DNA of 16,522 nucleotides from a virus (Duplodnaviria; Heunggongvirae; Uroviricota; Caudoviricetes): IMG/VR virus record IMGVR_UViG_2548876964_000023; one strand, 5' to 3'. Shown piece by piece: positions 14,794 to 16,522 of this stretch (position 1 is its first letter; each line of letters starts with the position of its first letter). The notes under the pieces were generated by a model. It saw only the letters and a program-made list of their open reading frames with translations, ran no database searches and was not told where the DNA came from. The position numbers and the translations under genes were made by a program.

Positions 14794-16093
14794 TTACCTA
14801 CATGCATATAACCTTCTGAAATTACTATAACAATGTGTATTCCTACCACCACTACAACGCTCCTCATTATATTCTGCAATAAGGGTTCCAGATATATAAC
14901 CAAACTGAGGACTATACGTTGATCCCGGACAGGCACATGTTCCAGTATCACTATTCGGTATAACGCATTTATAACCAGAGATTTGATCTGTTATCGTTAT
15001 AAAAATACCTTTCAGGCCATCACCACTTGCTGTCTGCCATTTACCGTTAACACACGATAACACTCGACCTGTACTGTCTCGCCCCACCAGACCATTAGGC
15101 GTACATTTCGCATTTAATGTTGCCTGAACATTCAAATGGAGATATTCACCTGCTTTGATCCTGCCTGTTGATTCAATTGTCCCGTTAGATATTATCGTGC
15201 CTGCGGTAAGATTACCTGAAGCATAAATATTACCTGCATTGTTCATGTAAACTTTAACTGTTTTCCCGGTTCCTACACCAACAGTCCCTGACGCATACAA
15301 ATCATAGGTGCGAACACCGCCAGCCCAGCCAGCAGGCAAATCGTTTGGATTAAGTCCGTTCGTCGCGATACGACTACCAAACTTCGCCAGACCTGTTGTT
15401 GATAGCGTATTAAGATAGGTATCAGATTTTACTTTCAGGTTGTTGTTGATATTTACAGGACCATTAAGGGTTGAGGTTCCTCCCACAGTCAGAGCTGATG
15501 TAACAGACGCATTACCCGTTGTCTTAAGTGCGCCGGTTGTTGTTGTCCCTGATGCCGTAATGTCTTTGATGTTTTTGATACTCTTCCCACCAAGATTCAG
15601 ATCATCCGTCATCGGCAACGTTCCATCACGGCGCAGATAAACAGAATACATTGAAGAGTTATACCCCACGCGGTAAGCCAGCAATCCACCACCCGTGATA
15701 TTGCTGTAGCTATTAGAGTTCTCACTCCACTGACCACCATAGCCGGACGCTATCTTGGTGTTTCTGCTCATCCCACCATCAACACCAGCCGCCTGAACCG
15801 CTTTACCTAACAGGTCATAACGAATACGACCACCTTCTTCCCACGGGCTGGCGGTTGTTATAAGACCATTGATGACATAATCAGGTGCTGTTCCTGAACG
15901 CTTTAACACAATCTTGTAGGATGCTTTTTGCGCGTTAGTTCCTGTATAGCCGACAGGCAACAGACCTTCATTAATTAACGTCTGGTAAGTGATTTCACAA
16001 CCAGCAGCCGAACATGTTCTTGGCCCCGGATCGCTACTTTGATTGTTGGATGATGACAGTGTGGAAATTTTGTCATAGCGAATACTGATATAG
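14794..16093 (-). pseudogene. Gly/Thr/Asn/Ser-rich beta-type adhesin, pilus-tip (PilV-like) or tail-fibre-like protein, 5'-truncated by an IS insertion
   Basis: Long open frame (433 native codons); its first roughly 26 codons (16094-16170) are IS-derived read-through. Repetitive G/T/S/N-rich segments and a Cys-rich C-terminus; no native start codon. Functional class is a guess from composition. Confidence 0.5.
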
Positions 16094-16522
16094 TGAACCG
16101 CCCCGGGTTTCCTGGAGAGTGTTTTATCTGTGAACTCAGGCTGCCAGATCATCGTTTCCGATGGAAGCATAATAAGCTTTTTCTGCTTCTGCCGGAGGAG
16201 TATGGCCCAGCCTTCCCAGCAATCGTCGATTGTTATACCAGTCCACCCACGTTAGTGTGGCCAGTTCCACTTCTGCACGGTTTTTCCAGCTCTTACGGTG
16301 TATTACCTCCGCTTTGTAAAGACCATTGATGCTCTCAGCCATCGCGTTGTCATACGAGTCGCCTGTACTCCCTGTTGATGCCAGTAATCCGGCTTCTTTT
16401 AGTCGCTCCGTATAGGCCAGTGACACATACTGAGAGCCTTTATCGCTGTGATGGATGGTGCCAGACGGACGACGGGCCCACAACGCCTGCTCCAGCCGCA
16501 TCCAGCACGAATGTCGTTTCCA
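16094..16522 (-). mobile_element. IS3-family insertion sequence (IS629/IS1203-like end), partial; terminal repeat begins TGAACCGCCCCGGG at 16094 and the element runs off the window
   Basis: Terminal sequence TGAACCGCCCCGGGTTTCCTGGAGA plus the transposase OrfB C-terminus encoded just inside. The specific IS name is from memory of the terminal repeat. Confidence 0.75.
16136..16522 (-). CDS. IS3-family transposase OrfB (integrase-core DDE domain), C-terminal part; the ORF continues past the window end
   Basis: ...[11 protein letters not shown]...[21 protein letters not shown]...[21 protein letters not shown]... is the typical C-terminal region of an IS3-family DDE transposase; frame is open to the window edge. 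Confidence 0.8.
   Translation of the reverse strand, partial: WKRHSCWMRLEQALWARRPSGTIHHSDKGSQYVSLAYTERLKEAGLLASTGSTGDSYDNAMAESINGLYKAEVIHRKSWKNRAEVELATLTWVDWYNNRRLLGRLGHTPPAEAEKAYYASIGNDDLAA

Noticed and set aside
16093-16329. 78-codon plus-strand ORF starting at the IS end
   Set aside because: Antisense to the IS3-family transposase OrfB; begins within the terminal inverted repeat.

Overview
This window reads as an Escherichia/Shigella-type chromosomal segment with three parts, all inferred from sequence and recalled homology (no searches were run). (1) 1-9130: the immunity/early-left arm of a Qin/Rac-like lambdoid prophage. A minus-strand early-right operon (Cro/YdaS-like, YdaT/CII-like, an O-like replication initiator with embedded iterons, several small genes) diverges from a plus-strand DicA-like repressor, followed by ydfA-like, dicF sRNA, dicB, ydfD, a ydfE-like gene and a lambda-family tyrosine integrase that ends 53 bp from the 3' end of tRNA-Ser(CGA) serU. 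(2) 9134-10330: conserved backbone serU - mtfA - asnT, with a consensus sigma70 promoter and an intrinsic terminator around asnT. (3) 10400-16522: an asnT-associated island starting with a P4-type integrase. It carries a strikingly AT-rich cassette that looks like a minimal type I CBASS anti-phage system: a CD-NTase/SMODS-like nucleotidyltransferase followed by a multi-TM effector. The effector reading frame is broken into three consecutive frames exactly at an A7 homopolymer and an (AT)4 repeat. Downstream are a convergent Gly/Thr/Asn-rich adhesin or tail-fibre-like gene whose 5' end is cut by an IS3-family element, and the partial IS itself at the window edge. The CBASS-like cassette and its simple-repeat frame breaks are the most interesting feature; the prophage integrase also has an unusual ATG-less N-terminal extension and an apparent Arg-to-Lys change in catalytic box II.
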